NCBI GenBank assembly: GCA_043228905.1
Contig: JBHGNT010000005.1
Coordinates: 5,022,001-5,086,000, forward strand
Length of the DNA: 64,000 nucleotides
Source: Azolla caroliniana
Taxonomy: Eukaryota > Plantae > Polypodiophyta
Reading direction: 5' to 3'
A model generated the notes under the pieces. The model was not told the origin of the DNA. It saw only the letters and a list, made by a program, of their open reading frames with translations, and made no database searches. How positions within the stretch are numbered: position 1 is the stretch's first letter; every line of letters begins with the position of its first letter. Shown here one piece after another: positions 34,970 to 50,233 of the stretch. Both the position numbers and the translations under genes were made by a program.

Positions 34970-37900
34970 TGGCGTTAGCAGCCATCATTGGGCCCTCTGC
35001 CCAAACAAGCCTCCGCAATCCGGTCTCAATTTTGGCCATTAAAATCCCTGCTTTTAAAACCTATATATATAACGTAGAGAAAAAAAGAAAAGGGGAGCCA
35101 TCCTTAAGTAAAACAGAAGGGAGGGGAGGGTAACTAACTGTTGGGACCGAACTATGCGTTGTATGTACATATTATGTGTATGTATATGCTTGGCCTACTA
35201 CAGGGAAGGGGAGAGAGAGAGCTTAACTTTTTTTTATGTACTTCATTTACTTACGAGGAAATGGAAGGTCGGGGGCCAAATGGCTGGTTTTGAGGTCCAT
35301 GCTTTGCTTGGCATAATATATGTATGTATGTAATTCTACGTTCAGTGCCAAGTTCTATATAACTTCCCTCTCTGCCTGTGATAAAAACCTGTGGCCCTTC
35401 AATGCCCCCCCCCCTGTATCTGTACATATATTGTTTTCGTAGTATTGAGGTAATGAATCATGAATCCTGTAGACATTTACTCACAAGTAAGTACTAAGAA
35501 TCTAGACATTTACTAAGAATATATAGTACTTACATCATCACATGAGATGAATTTTTATTTATTTATATACCTATACATACATATGTATGGCAAATATTTT
35601 TAACAGTTAAATATAACGTGAATTCAATCATGACTCATGAGGCGTCCAAAAAACAACAAAGATTTCATAAAACTTGTAAAATTTAACAAACAATATGTAA
35701 AGGAAACATAATAAGAGAAGAGTTCATACTTTTGACAACGATGAACCATCTAGGATCAGGAGTTCTCATGGGGCTGACCTCTCTACAACAAGGCGAAGAT
35801 ATGCCGGCATTGACTTTGGGCAAGATTTTGCGTATGTGGTACCATAGGCTGAAGTTAAGGCAAAAATAGGTGATCGCCCATGGATGATGAACAAGACAAT
35901 CACTTGCATGACTTAATCAAGCCATTTACAATGTTCAACATAATCATATTGAAAAGGACTAGATTAAAGTTATCAATAGTTCACTTGAAGTTCATATAAA
36001 AACACTATAATGAACTTGTATCGTCTTTTTGTAAAAATCTCTCCTAACTAATGGGAAAGTAGCACCATTTTTGGAAAAAAAAAAATCAATATAATGAACT
36101 ATTTCGACGACCTCTTGAAGCACTTGGTAATCTTGAAAGAGCGATATTTTTCCAAAGAGTAATATTCGACATCAAAACCAATTATGAAACAAATACTAAT
36201 GGACATGTATCAAAGTTTACAAACAAGTTTTGACTTTGGCCCAATGATAAAAGTATGTAAACAATGTTTTTATAGAGTAAAGGATCATTGTCATAGCTTA
36301 AAGATCAAGAAGACTTGGAATGTGAGCACACTTTGGGGAAGATAATATTTACTTGATTGAGTTGTGGTTTATTCGTCTAGTATTTGATAGAGCTCAAGTT
36401 AAAATTACTTATCAAAAAATAAGAAAGAAAACAAAATCTAGAGACACGAGTACTACTTAATAAGGCACGCACACAAATCTATCTATCTACCTATTTACAT
36501 AAGAAGTTTGCCAAGAATAATTTCTCGTGTAAGTTGTGATCCATGTATATTTAGTTTAACTATGACATTGCTCATGTGCGAAAGAAACCAAAAACATATC
36601 ATTGTATTGGTAAAATGGATGCAAAAAAAGAGAACCCTAAAAAACAACTATATTCCATATACACATAACGCATCCACGAAGCTTTGATTGACATCAATGA
36701 ATGAGCGTCAAGAGTCCTAAATCATACCGTGAGTCATATATGTATACATAAAAGAAGTTAAACTCTCTAGTGTTTTCACATTATAGGCCTCCCCATCAAC
36801 TATGTGGTCAATATCTTTTCAATACCATTGGCCTCCCCATCAACTATGTCTCCCACATCCACGATATCTATCTTTCCTTTATCTTTAAATTAAACTTGCA
36901 AATCACTTCCTAGTTTTCCCATTTTCTTTTTTGTTCCTTAATTGAGCTATAGTAATTCTTGCCATATGGTTTGTATCAAGAATCCCTTTATTTTCATATA
37001 AATAAAAGCCTTCGGAGTCACCCATTCATAAGAGATACTTAATGATAGATGAACATAAACCATCGATCTTATACACATCATAAGATAGGGAAAAATGCTA
37101 AATGTGGTAGAGTTTTTCTTTTAAATCACAAATGCCCTTGATGTTCTGTTGCTTTCCCTTAATGTCCTTTGTCAACTCTTTCCCTCTCTCTCAATAAATT
37201 ATTTTGTACCATTTGAGCAATTATATACTCAAGGTATCCCCTTTTGTATCAATTATGTGTTGAGAAGAGATTTTCCCTAAAATTTGTACCAATCATAAGG
37301 ATATGGAACATTTTATTTGTAAGAGCACAACTTGAAAACTAGCGTGTGTTACTCAAGACCTTTGTTTCTAATCCTAGAATATAAACACATGGATATCAAA
37401 AGAATATGATTCAATAAGAGTAGGTAAAGATGTGTTATCAAATGTGACTCGTTCATGTCAGGTCATAAAAGAAAGTCAAAAGTGGCATCAAGGAGATGGC
37501 ACTCAATGAACATTCTTAATTGTATGAGCTACTGTATAAAATTTGTTTTTAACAAATTAAAGAAGATAGAGTCAAGACAGAACTCTTGAGCTTTGCTTTT
37601 GCTTTTGCTTAAGAGTTACGTTTTAATAAAGGGTACTTGAAGTTGAAACCATCAAACATATATATATATATATGAAGGGAAGTATACTCGACAATGTATA
37701 ACCTTGGCTACAACTCCAATACTCTTACTATACCTGAGGCATTGAATGTGAACATATGAGGCTATGTGTGTGAAGGGCCGAAGACCACCCCTTTTGTTAG
37801 AAGGGTCATTAGTTTAGTTGTAGTATAATAACTACTTCCATAGGACTTGCTTGTTAGGGGGTGCGTATTTGCTAATATGAGGTTCTAAATGAAACACACG

Positions 37901-38048
37901 GATTACAGCGTTTGATCTATTTATCTTCTGAGAGTTAGCGTTCATGAAAGGAACCCCATGGTGGTTGTGGCTTGTAAGTGATATCCAACCAACCATAGCC
38001 ATTTATTATAATTTATAACTTTGTAATAGGGCAAGCATCCCCAACACA

Positions 38049-38834
38049 TAGGGATCGGCAACGGCTCGGCTCAAGCCTAAATGGTTTAGCTAAAACGGCT
38101 TAACGGCTCGGCTTGGTTTAGGATCGAGCCTACCTAAACGGTTTGAGCTCAACTTGGCTCGTCATGAGCCTTGCCAAACCGGCTCAAACCGTTTAATAAT
38201 TAGGGTTTAGAAAGTTAGAAATTAGACAATGAGAATTTAGAATCTAGAATTTAAAAGTTGAGAGAGAGACCAACAGGAAACTATAGGCAACGGACTGTTG
38301 AGTGACGAGAGAGGGAAGGACAGAGAAGGAGAGGGAGCCTACATATTGCATAGTGGATAGAAAGGGAGAAGGAGACTGCATGGTGTAGTGAACCTCCTCC
38401 TTGCTGTTATATACATTCTTTCTATATATATAAGGTGAAATTTTAGTTCCAAATTCTCTCTTCAGTTTGACCTAGGACCTAGGATGCGATGAGCTCGACC
38501 TGAAGGTGGTCGAGGGATGGGCAATAGCAATCGAGAATGGACATATTGAGGTTTGGAAAGGGTCGGGCGGTAGCAATCCACAAAGGAAGATGAGGAGGAT
38601 GGGGGGCATGTCAAATTTGGAGAAGGATGGGGATGGGGGACATGCGAAGGGGGTGAGAGTTATGAGGAGGAGAAGAAGAGTAGAAGCGGTAGTGATGTTG
38701 TTTGGGTTTCTTCACAACTCTAAAGCTTTTTCGTCCCAAACCGGTTTAGGGATTGGTTCAGGAACCCCAAAACGGTTTAGGCTTAACCGTGTTGGCTTGG
38801 ATAAGGCCAAACCGGTTAAGCCTATGACATTCTA
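38049..38834. mobile_element. Degenerate hAT-type non-autonomous element
   Basis: Begins tagggatcggcaacgg (similar to the hAT TAGGGATG terminus). Clusters of ggctc/aaaccgg/acggttt subterminal motifs occur at both ends. No TSD found. Confidence 0.4.
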
Positions 38835-39761
38835 AATCTTAGAAGTAAAGGTTGGAACCTCCTTGAATATGGGGTTTTACTCTCCAAAATAAGGGAAGTT
38901 TTTAGATGGCCCTTAAGGATATCTATTTTTAAGTTTATAAGGCCTTCAAAAATAAGGGAACATTTTATGTTGTCATTCAAAATTTATGGTTTTATAAGTA
39001 ATCCATAACATTACAACATGTAGCTCAATGGGACTCTCTAATAAAGAATGGACACTGGCCAAAACAATTATTGGTAGTTTGGTACATTTTTAGGCTTATG
39101 TTTCAGTGAGACTATGTAATGAAGAATGATCAATGCCATTGCGTCCACATGGGCATCTAAGTGAAGGGAATCGCTCCACTCAATGTGGAAAAACATTTTT
39201 GCAAAACACAAAAAAAATGGTGCGTCAACAAGTTTTTGCAAATTAAAAGCATAAACTTTCTTCATCTCAAATTTGTCTCCTTGCTCTCTCAAAGAGTTAT
39301 GGAGAGATCGACGTTCCTATCCACTTTTGATATGAAATATGATCTTACAATCTTTCGAATTGACTTTTGTCTCAATGTGTGTACGTCCAACTTCTAAATT
39401 TCAAGGTCATAATACAAATAACGTAACCTCAATAGTTCGTTTTCAGGAAGACGAGAATCTTCTTATTAGAAGCTTAGTCTACTTTGGTTTTTGTTAATGG
39501 ATACCCATTATAATACTACTAGTTTATCTAAGTCATGATATTATGATAAATGTCAATGAATGTAAGGCCCAATCTCTAACTTTTTAATACAATTGGCCTT
39601 CAAAGGCAATGGAAGTAAGAAACACACTAAACCCAACAATGTGTCATGCTTGAATAAGAAATATATCGATTGATCCGATTTCAAATATATCCCTACAAAC
39701 GAATTGAAATATCCTTTTGGCTTAGGCGTGAATAAAAATTAAGAAACATTATTATCATAAG

Positions 39762-40500
39762 TTTTTTTTTTTTTCAAAAAAAAGATACTACATTAGTATT
39801 AGAAAACCGCCATAAGGCTAAACATACAAGCTATACCGATCCCCTATATTTTTCTAAAGTCTAACCATTGGCTTGAATAAGCACTTTGGTGTTGAGTAGA
39901 ACCACTCCACCTTACCAAAATACCGTCTATAAAATATACCTATGTCCCAAATGGCATGAAACTCCACCCGCCTAAGCTCCGCTTGATGCGTATTACCTTT
40001 TATACCATCCAAAATCCCTCTAAGATTATGTACAATCTCTATCCAAATTCCGGAGATTATTTGAGCAGGTCTTTCAGTCATATTTTGAAATACCTTCAAA
40101 CATCGAGCCTTCCAAATATACCAAATTGTATTATCATAAGTTTTAAAATATGGCATGTTGTAAATATTTTAGATAGAAGTTATTACCTTTGGTTACATTT
40201 ACAAAATCATTCGATCGTAACAACGATTGATTTGTTTCTATTGTCAAAGCCTTTTTCATGGATAATCTGATCTGATTGGTCACCTGTTATTCATGGTCAA
40301 GTGTTGGATTCAAAACCCACCTATCCCATTCGTCCATCTCTCCATTTTCGAACCTCACTCTTTCTATGATTCCGAATCTCATATATATTTCCAATTCACT
40401 TCTCTTGATAATTTTGAAAAATCTGTATTCCCCTACTTTTTCTATACCCTTCCTTGACTATGTTTCCACACATACTCTATGTTTATGGTATGCCATTAGG
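39762..40500 (-). mobile_element. 3' fragment of an L1-clade LINE related to the 24.2-29.0 kb element
   Basis: ORF 39854-40156 (NTIWYIWKARC...PAQIISGIWIEIVHNLRG...WFYSTPKCLF) aligns by eye with the ORF2 C-terminus TTIYHIWKTRC...PAELVSNIWLDIVHTLKG...WHYQPPKWLF. Poly(T) at 39762-39774. Confidence 0.8.
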
Positions 40501-43500
40501 GGCCCATGATTATCCGATCCATTCTATGTGGTGAGTTGCTCACCACAAAGGTAATAAAGGGAGAAGTTGACACACACATACTATATGTTTATGGTGTGCC
40601 ATTAGGGACCCACATTTATCCCCTATATTCTATGTGTTGAGTTGCGCACCACAAAGCTAACAAAGGGAGAAGTTGATACAAGTACCACAATATCCTTTGT
40701 TACTTGAATTTAGATCCTCAAAAAGAGGGTATTTTTGTGCCAGGATCTTAATCCAAGTACCGCAATGTCCTCTAATTACGCAGGAGTCACAATTGTATTA
40801 CACCATCTTCATTTGTGATGGGTCAAACATGGGGATTAAAATTCCAATATTTGTTTCAATCATGGCATTAAAACATCACAAAAGTAGAATGGGAAAAAAA
40901 TGAACTCAAATATGAAATGTGGATTGCCATGATTCAGAGTTAAACATTATGAAATCCCATCACTTGAAGAGTGATATGATATATGCTTGACTATTGAATG
41001 TTGAATCTATCAATGCCCAAATATATAATGGAATAGTTTAATATACCATATATAAAAGACAATTTCTTGCTTCAACGGTGCTACAATCCATTAATGTTTC
41101 ATGTACAAATAAACACATGCATGGCTAATAGATACATTATGGTGAAAAGGAATAAATGTAATGTCACACAATCTTCAAAGGTTTTCATGAAATTGCTGTT
41201 CAAGTTGGTTGACAAGAGGAAGGTAAGACATGAGGAAAAAATTACATTCTTGAGATGGCAAGAGAGGACGTGGACAAGATTGTTCAAAATGAAATGCACC
41301 TATAAGTGTGTTTTCTTTATTGTGAGATTAGTCTTTTGTTTAAAAAAAGTATGCAATATTATGTTCTTGCAATAATAGAATCAACGACTTTTGTCATGTC
41401 ATCACGTGTTAATTTGTCAAAAATCGAGACAATTCATTATCAACTTTGTCAAAATAAGCGAATCAATTAACATAAACATTTGAGATAACAACTACAACTC
41501 GATCCCATTCTAAATACTTCTTTATTCATATAGTTGTCCTATGTGCAGAACGAGTCGCGTATCAAAATAAGTGAGTCATATGAACCATCTAACATCTATA
41601 TTGAACCCTTTCACATTAATTCTGTTTGCTTTCCAATGCGACATGTTGCAAATAGGTTACCGTTTCTCCTCAGTTGGAGGTTTCCTACCAATTATTTGTT
41701 GCATTACTGAAAAACAAGTGTGTTAAGACAATTTGTACCCTAACAATGAAACCGATCACTCCCTACCTCCTACCCACTCACTCATTAGGTCACTTAGATC
41801 CCCATGTGTAGATCGATGACATAAAACTACCTACCCCACCTCCAACCAACCCCTTTTTTGTCTTCACAGAAATAACACAATACCGTCCTCTTAGCACACT
41901 CTCTTTATGATGGATATTTTCGTTCTAGTTTTTCATATCAACAAGATAAAAGTTTGGAAGGCTTTCGGAAAACACAAAGTCGTATTCGTTTGAGAGCATG
42001 TGTGAACTTGAGGGAAGTCGTTTGCTCATTTAAGCAAAAAGATAATAACTGGCATGAAAAAAACCAAAAGTTGAGTGTGTCACCAAATCAAGATGCGTAT
42101 TTCATTGGTTAATGTAGATATTTATCATAGAGTTTGTCTCTAGCTTCCATTATTCTTAGAATTCATGTACCAAGGGCCCCCAAAGGAGTATTGGGAAACC
42201 CTAGGGAGGTGTACATAATGATCATGTTTACCCATTGTTTTCATTTCTCAAGAATGTTTCCAATTATACAAATACATAAAGACATCGTGGGTAAAGTGAA
42301 CCATTGTTTTTTGCCATTAGGGCGATGAAATATGTCTTGGCATACAAAGAGGTAAGCAAGATAGTATGTGTTACAAAATTTTTGGTCAATCTTGTGTCTA
42401 TTGTTGTAACGTTTTTTGTTTTAATAAAATGGTCAAGAATAAGTTGCGTTTTGAAGAAAGCAAAAAAAAAAACTTTCAAACGCAACATTCTTCACATGAC
42501 TATATTTTAGCTCACAATTGCGAGATTCGTTTGGCTTTAAGTCTCAAGTCAAATTACGTGTGAGCAAAGATATATGTTTCAAGCATAATGTTTTTTATAT
42601 GAATACGAGAATTAGTTAAATCTAGACATTATGTGTCACTTGTGCAACCATACGTTATTCATGTCAATGTTTATAAACTTTAAAGTCGAGCAATTGTTAT
42701 CCATGTTGCTACATCTCACATCATGTACTCTCATAGCTGATTAATGTCAATAATTGGAATGGTAATTAAACATTTTAATAAGCAAAACATGGGTTTATGA
42801 CCTAGTACAAGTCACTTCCATTATAGAACGCTAGGGTATGAATCATGATATGTCAACATGTGATGAGTAGAACAATAAAAAAATATATGCGTTTGCATTG
42901 GAAGAGGACAATAAACTAATTGACTTCTTTCGAATATTATTAGGGGCATGCTTTTAGTTATATCTACATAATAGTAATGGAAGTGTTATGTCTTCTTTAT
43001 GGGTGAACAATGATGTGATCAAAGTAATGTTCAAAAATATTGAATGGGTCACTTGTGATAAACCAATGTTTTAACTTTCACACCATATTAAGAATTAATG
43101 AATAGTGAGAGCTTATGTTGCTATAATTTGAGTTTCTTTTAGCCACTTGGAGTGAATTAGCCAAACATTGAAGAGGGGTATATATATAATGATATAATAT
43201 AAAGAAGACATTTCTAAATATTGTTGAATAAAGTGTACATTAAATTTTACAAGCATTGAATCCTAAACCTAGACCTTTAAGAAGGATTCTTCCATCCTAT
43301 TATGTTAATGAACTCCATCCATTATGGTGTCAATGAAGTGGCATTCACCTCTTGATGATCTTTTTGGAGGGAGCAACAATCTCTTGATTTGTGCATGTAA
43401 TAATTAATATGAATGTATGGTAGCCTATATATAACTTACTACAAACCAACCCCCCCTCCCCCCCAACTAGAATGTATGAGCTACCTACTCACATACATAA

Positions 43501-46500
43501 CTAGCACAATTGATTTACCAATGTTATCTAGAAAGGGATATATCAACTCTTTGAATATACACATAATAAATCATCTCTCCTTGCGGCATTCTAAATAGCC
43601 ATTTACTCTTGTCTACAAAGTTTTATCATGCAACAACACTTTAAGGCTATCTTTAATACAAACATATTTACGAACACCTGATATATTTGCATACTTTTCG
43701 AAAACCTAGCTGGAAGTTTTCAACTTGGGAGGGGACAAATACCTGGTTAAATGTAGCCTTTACATGGAAGATAATTACATTCAATATGAGCATATTTATG
43801 AATCCTGATGCTATTTGATTGCATCTCAACGATCTTCATGAGTTTTTTGACCTAATTGCAAGCTTGCAATGTGAGAGGGGGCATATACGAGCTCTGTGTA
43901 CCCTTAAAAATTCAAGAACTCTAAATGCCAAAAAGAGGAGTTGTTCACTTGTTTGGTAGTTAAGAACTTTTACTATTCAGTGTACTATCTTTCACATACT
44001 ACACATTATGTTTTTACAGTGTGGAATCCATGGGTAAATCCATAAATTTAAATAGTTTTCAAAATGGCATGAAGTTCATAGTGTCTAATTTTAGTCGAGA
44101 AAAACACAATATCTCGATTTTTCAAAATGGTGACCTGATCTCCTTTTCTCCCACATTCTCTTTTTGTTCTTATTATTGATGTAGTAGATCTTTATGCTAC
44201 CATTAAAAGTCATTAGTTGTTTTCGAACAATCCATTAGTATGAACTAAATATAAGGTCAAATCTAACATTGCCACAACCATATCGTTAACGCCTATCATG
44301 AATTCACATGGCATATGCGATGTTAATTCACAACATTTGCTATTCTCTCTTTCCCTTATCATCAATATGTTATTTGGTTCTTTCATCAACCAACTCCAAG
44401 AAATCATAAGCTTGATGGTTAGTGAGAAAGATTGTGGGATCTATATGTACATATAGAAGCATTTCTCACTTCTCTTGGAAATTTGGAATGTGAAATGGAT
44501 GCACATATTATGTTATATCGAAGAGACTCTAATAAATGCAGTAGGGCACTAGTGGTTAAAACGTAAATAAACATATACCATCAACAATGAAAGAAAACTA
44601 ATATGATTTTAACTAATATAATTTAATTTTCATGGTTGGATATAAATGACCCATCAAACCACCATAGGGTGGCAGCATGGATTGGATCACTTTAAACTCC
44701 TCATTGAATGAGATAGAAAATTACTTATAAAAGTTAGAATTTGGAACCATTAAGAAGATGCATTCCATGCACCATATAACTAATTGGCTTCCAACAATAG
44801 TTATGTCATGATGATATGAATATAACATGTATATATGGATGTGACATATCTTGCTTGATTATCCCAATGCACTAAATAGGCAAGAAAATGGCAGCTCCAT
44901 AAAAAATGTTTGAGAAATTCACTTAACCTATCCATGCACATGCATTTTCTGCCATTAGTTTAGTGTTCCACTCTAGCCTAATTGTCATGCTCTCTTGTCA
45001 AGTTTGTACATATAATGTCTTCCAAAGAATTGACTTGACTCCTTTTCAAGTTTTTTCATGTTCTATTGTTCCTAGCCATCTGATATTCTTTTCATCGATT
45101 CGTAACACATGGAAGCTTTACTAAGAAAGTGAAGTAATAGAAACAAAAAGAAGAAAAGAGAGATCCCAATGTCATGTAAGCTAGGAAAAGAGGCCAATAG
45201 TATCAAAACTACGAGATAAAACCATATGAACTAAAACTAATACTATCACAATTCAGGTATTTGTTATAATGTTCGATTATTCACGATTGGTTTCATGACA
45301 TATGTGCTGTCAAATGTGCATTTTGGAACCTTGTAGGTTTGTTTATAGGCATGCTATCATATAGTCAATTATTTGTAGGAATCTTGAGCACATTTCTTAG
45401 GTAGAACCCCACACTTCCTCAAACATTCTAGCAATTTCCGCTTCATGATAGATCAATACTTTTCTTCCACAACAATGCAATTGCTCTCATTAAAAGGTCC
45501 AATATCCTTCTTGATGTAGATAATTGAGCTCCAACATTCCTCCAAAAGTTGGGATGTCCTTGCTCATCTAGTCTATGATAGGGTCAACACATCTATATTT
45601 GTGAAGTGGATAGAGCTATATTTAGTTATCAAACACCAAGAGCAAGCATGCTTATGCACTACTAACCTGAATATTGTGCATAAGAAAGAAGGATTAGAGA
45701 TATGGTAATACATGAATTATTGCAATAAAACACGATGGTCACAATGACAACATGTAGATATTCATACGCCACATTACCATTAACATTTTGCACCAACTCA
45801 AGCAAAAAACATGAAGCTTTTCAATGTTCATTGAATCCATAACCTTAAGTTGTAACTTCATGATTACTAATGTCAATACGATTGACTACCTACGGATCCA
45901 TTAGAGATATGATTAAATCGTATTGGCTCTTTCATAGATGAATCTAAATATAGATCTTATCTCTCATGATTCTGGAATTTTCTCCATTCACAAAGCGAGT
46001 TGTTTTTGCTACTAGTCGATTCATGGAGTTTTCATTAATATATCAAAGAGCATATGTCTGTTATTGCTCCAAGATTAGTTAGTCGGATCCTTTTCTAAGT
46101 TTTTGATTCCGAATCTCGTAACGATTGATTATCTCGATTTTGTTTCAAGATATTTGGCACCCGTCAACAAGGAATGAAGGCCCCCCCATATGAAAATGGA
46201 GATGAATGAAGAAGACCCACATATAATATGTGTAATATAGGGGCAGTTGAGTTGGTTTTATGTTGGGTTTTACTAAGAAAAATTAGAGAGGAAAAGCTTT
46301 GGAAATGTTTTATAGTTTAGGTAGGGTTTTGTTTTTGTCTTCTTCTTGCCTATGGCTATGTTGTGCTTTTTTTGCTTTCTGAGCTTTTGAGAAAGCAAGA
46401 AAAGAGAAGAAAAGAGTAGGAGGAACAGAGTATATATATATATATCTATAGGTTGCCCTAAGGGCAAGGAAGAAAAGTAGGGCAGAAATGAAACAAAGAA

Positions 46501-46855
46501 GAAAGCTTAAAAAGAAAGCTTTCCCATAGCCAATTAGGTTAAATTGTTTTTTTTTGTCTGTTTCTTCTTCTTCTTCTTCTTTCTTTTCTTTTCTATTAAC
46601 CCCCTCACTTCCACCTCATGGCCCTTCCTTTTTGACCTTTCTGGATATGGCGATATAATTTAAAAAGAAAGCTTCCTGCTCAAACTCAAATACCCACCAC
46701 TTCTACGTCCCCTTTTTCCTCCTTCACCTTCTCTCTTGATTTCTCTAGAAACATGATATTAAAGAGAACAAAACACAGAGATCAAATCTAAACACCCAAT
46801 TGAATCGAGACATTCTTCAAGAGCCTGAAAGAGATTGAATCACTCTGCAATAATC

Positions 46856-49800
46856 ATGGGCAATAAATGGAAGAAATTGAAGCAGTTGTTTGGGATAAAA
46901 GTCCGTGCAAGTGCATCTCCATCAGGAAACGATAATTTAGAAAGCTTCACTTCAATGAGTGCTCCACAAGGTCGAGTCCTTTCTTCAGAGCCCATGACGC
47001 CATTTCACACTGGGCCTATACATCGTCCCTCGATTCCTTCATTTCACTCTGGGCCCATCCAATCCACTTCTCATACCACTAAACTACGAAGCTCGAAGGT
47101 ATGTGTGTAATTCTGATCCTTGGGATTAGGATTGAATGTTCAGTATTGTTAAGGTATCTGTGTAATTCCGATTCTTGGGAATTAGGACCGAATGTTCAGT
47201 ATTGTTATGCTTGACTTCAGTAACGAGGTTAGGGCCTAAAGTTATTCTCAGGTATGTGAATAGTAGTTCCTAATTTCATGTTCTGCTGGATGAAGGATTA
47301 GGACCTAAGTTTTTGGTGGACAAGGATTAAGACCTAAATTTGTTATGTTTTGCTAGAGGAGGATTTGGAAATATTGTTACACGTTGCCAGATGAGGATTA
47401 GGTTATAATGTTTTGGTAGATGAGGATTAGGTTATAATGTTTTGGTAGATGAGAATTAGGATTTAAACTCAAGGATTAGGACATATTGATATATTTTGAC
47501 TGCAGACGAAGATTAGGACCTAATGTTTTGGTAGATGAGAATTAGGATTTAAACTCAAGGATTAGGACATATTGATATATTTTGACTGCAGACGAAGATT
47601 AGGACCTAATGTTTTGGTAGATGAGATTTAGGATTTCTACAGGCGAGGGTTAGGGCCTAAAGTTAGTTTTGGTAAACAAGCTTTGGTGGTAGACAAGTAT
47701 TAGGGCGTAATATTTTAGGGTTTCAGAAGTGGAGGGATTGATCTGAAGCTTGGGCAAATGAGGATCAGGACCCTAACCTTCTGAGCTTCTGGAGAATCAT
47801 GAGGATTAGAAACCTAAAGATTTAATAATAAGGTTCTATGGTATGTGTATAAATTTGTGACTAATGATTCAAACCTATTATTATGAGATTATGTATTGTG
47901 AGGATCAACCTTAACATTATGAATTTTAATTTGGTAAATATGTTTCCAACACATCAGATTTTGTATGTATGTGAATATGTATATAGATGCTTAAAATAAC
48001 AAGTTTTCCCTTAATATAATTCTCAGTTGGGATTTTTATTTATTTATTTTTGTTTGTTTTTGAAATTTAACTATTGCAGAACATGTGCTCAATTTGTCTG
48101 GAATCCATGAAAGCAGGGAGTGGCCATGCACTCTTTACTGCTGAGTGTTCCCATACATTCCATTTCTCATGCATTGCATCCAGTGTAAGGTTTGGCAATT
48201 TGGTTTGTCCGGTATGCCGAGCGAAATGGAAAGAAGTGCCATGGCAGAAGGACCTGCCATCAGAATCATCCAAGACCGAGAGGTCGCGGAGCGGGAGGCG
48301 GGGGCTTTCAGCTATTGCCCGCTCGTTCACTCAAATCGGAAGAAGTGACATGAGAAGAAGCGATACATCTGTCCCGAGTCTCGAACTGGACCAAAGACTA
48401 AGCGGCCCTCAGATTCGTACGGGAGATCATCACCAACACCAACACCAACACCATCATCATGGTGGTGATTCATTGTCGGAACCAGACATCTATAATGATG
48501 ATGAGCCTCTTCCTCAGCAGCTCATAAGCCCCGTTTCCGATCCATGCTCAGGTTCACCCCTCCAGACTCATAACTCTGAATCTCCTGAGGACTATCATAA
48601 AACCAAAACCCAGGCCCCCATTTTGGATTTGTCGGTGTCTCCGGAGGTTTCCGTGGTGCCAGCCCTCGAGGCTCAAGACAATTTCTTGCTATTAGTTCAC
48701 TTGAAAGCACCCCCGCCTTTGCCTTTGCCTTTGCCTTCGGGGACATTGTCCTATGCCAGGGCCCGTGCACCCATTGACCTTGTCACGGTGCTCGATGTGA
48801 GCGGGAGCATGGCAGGGAAGAAGCTAGCCCTGCTCAAAAGAGCCATGGGTTTCGTGGTGTGTAACCTTAGTTCGGCCGATCGCCTCTCCATAGTGGCTTT
48901 CTCATCGTCGGCGAGGCGCGTGTTCCCGCTCAGAAGAATGGTTGAAGAGGGCCGGCAACAAGCACTCCGAGCCATAGATGGGCTCACCTCGAGCGGAGGC
49001 ACCAACATTGCTGACGGGTTGAGGAAAGGGGCGAAAGTGCTTGAAGATCGGCGTGAGAAGAACCCTGTCGCCACCATTATGCTGCTCTCTGATGGACAAG
49101 ACACTTACACCACCATGAACATTCACCGCCAGGTTCCGTTCTTCATTGTTCAAGGAGGAAATTCTTCCTACAATGGGCGAAGGTTGGTCCCCGGATCGAT
49201 CCGGAACAGTTCGCGTCATGGACAGGTACAAATTCCAGTACACACGTTCGGGTTCGGCTCGGACCATGATGCTGCGACCATGCATACCATATCTGAGGTT
49301 TCGGGAGGTACTTTCTCATTTGTTCAGAGGGAAAGCGGGTTGCAAGATGCGTTCGCGCAATGTATCGGTGGCTTGCTCAGTGTAGTGGCACAGGATGTTC
49401 AGCTCACAGTCTCTTGCTCTTCCTCTGATGTGAGCATCAACAAAATCCATGCAGGGAGCTATAGTAGTAGCATTCTCGAGAATGGGAGGCATGGAATCAT
49501 CAAGCTTGGCGACTTATATGCGGAGGAAGAGAGACATATATTGGTTGAAGTGAAGCTCCCAGTTTGCTTGCAACCCTGGAATGGCGAACCTATGCCGTTG
49601 ATCCAAGCAGGTTGCATGTACAAAGACCCGATAACACAGGAAATAAACCAGAACATTGCCGAGGATTTGTCGATTCTTCGGCCTGAAGCATTATTGCGGG
49701 GCGAAGACCAAGTCCCGAGCCTTCAAGTGGACCGTCAACGGAATCGGTTTAATGTGGCCGATGCGATTTCTAAGGCGAAATCGATGGCCGATGAAGGCCG

Positions 49801-50233
49801 GATCGAGGCCGCGCAAGAGCATTTGCAACGAGCCCAAGAAGCTCTCAAAAGCTCTATGTCTGCCCGCTCGGGCGATCAACTATGCAATGCGTTGGAACTC
49901 GAGCTAAATGAGATACAAGGGAGAATGGCGAGCCGACAAGTGTACGAAACCTTGGGGAGAGCATATATTCTTTCAGCCCAGAGCTCACACATGAGGCAAA
50001 GGGCCACAACTAGGGGTGATGCCCAAGATGGCCAAAATCATGATTATCAAACATCGTCGATGGTCGGCCTAGTCCATCAATCGCAAACATTATCCTCTTC
50101 TTCAACGGCATTAGCTTTCACACCTGGGGCCTTCCCAAGAGGTGCTATAAGAGTTGGCCCTCAACATCAGTCTCCTAGAAACACCTCGACAGAATCTCAA
50201 TCTCCCCAAGGGTCTAATGTAAAAAAACATTGA
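46856..50233 (+). CDS. WAV3/EDA40-family RING-H2 + VWA E3 ubiquitin ligase, ~798 aa, 2 exons
   Basis: Exons 46856-47098 and 48080-50233. RING CSICLE...AECSHTFHFSCI...CPVCR; VWA RAPIDLVTVLDVSGSM, LLSDGQD, PVHTFGFG; C-terminal SSHMRQRATTRG. Confidence 0.92.
47100..47820 (+). repeat. Intronic degenerate tandem repeat
   Basis: Recurrent gattagg/ttaggg-containing ~25-30-bp units with an ~87-bp higher-order duplication (47474-47625). Confidence 0.75.
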
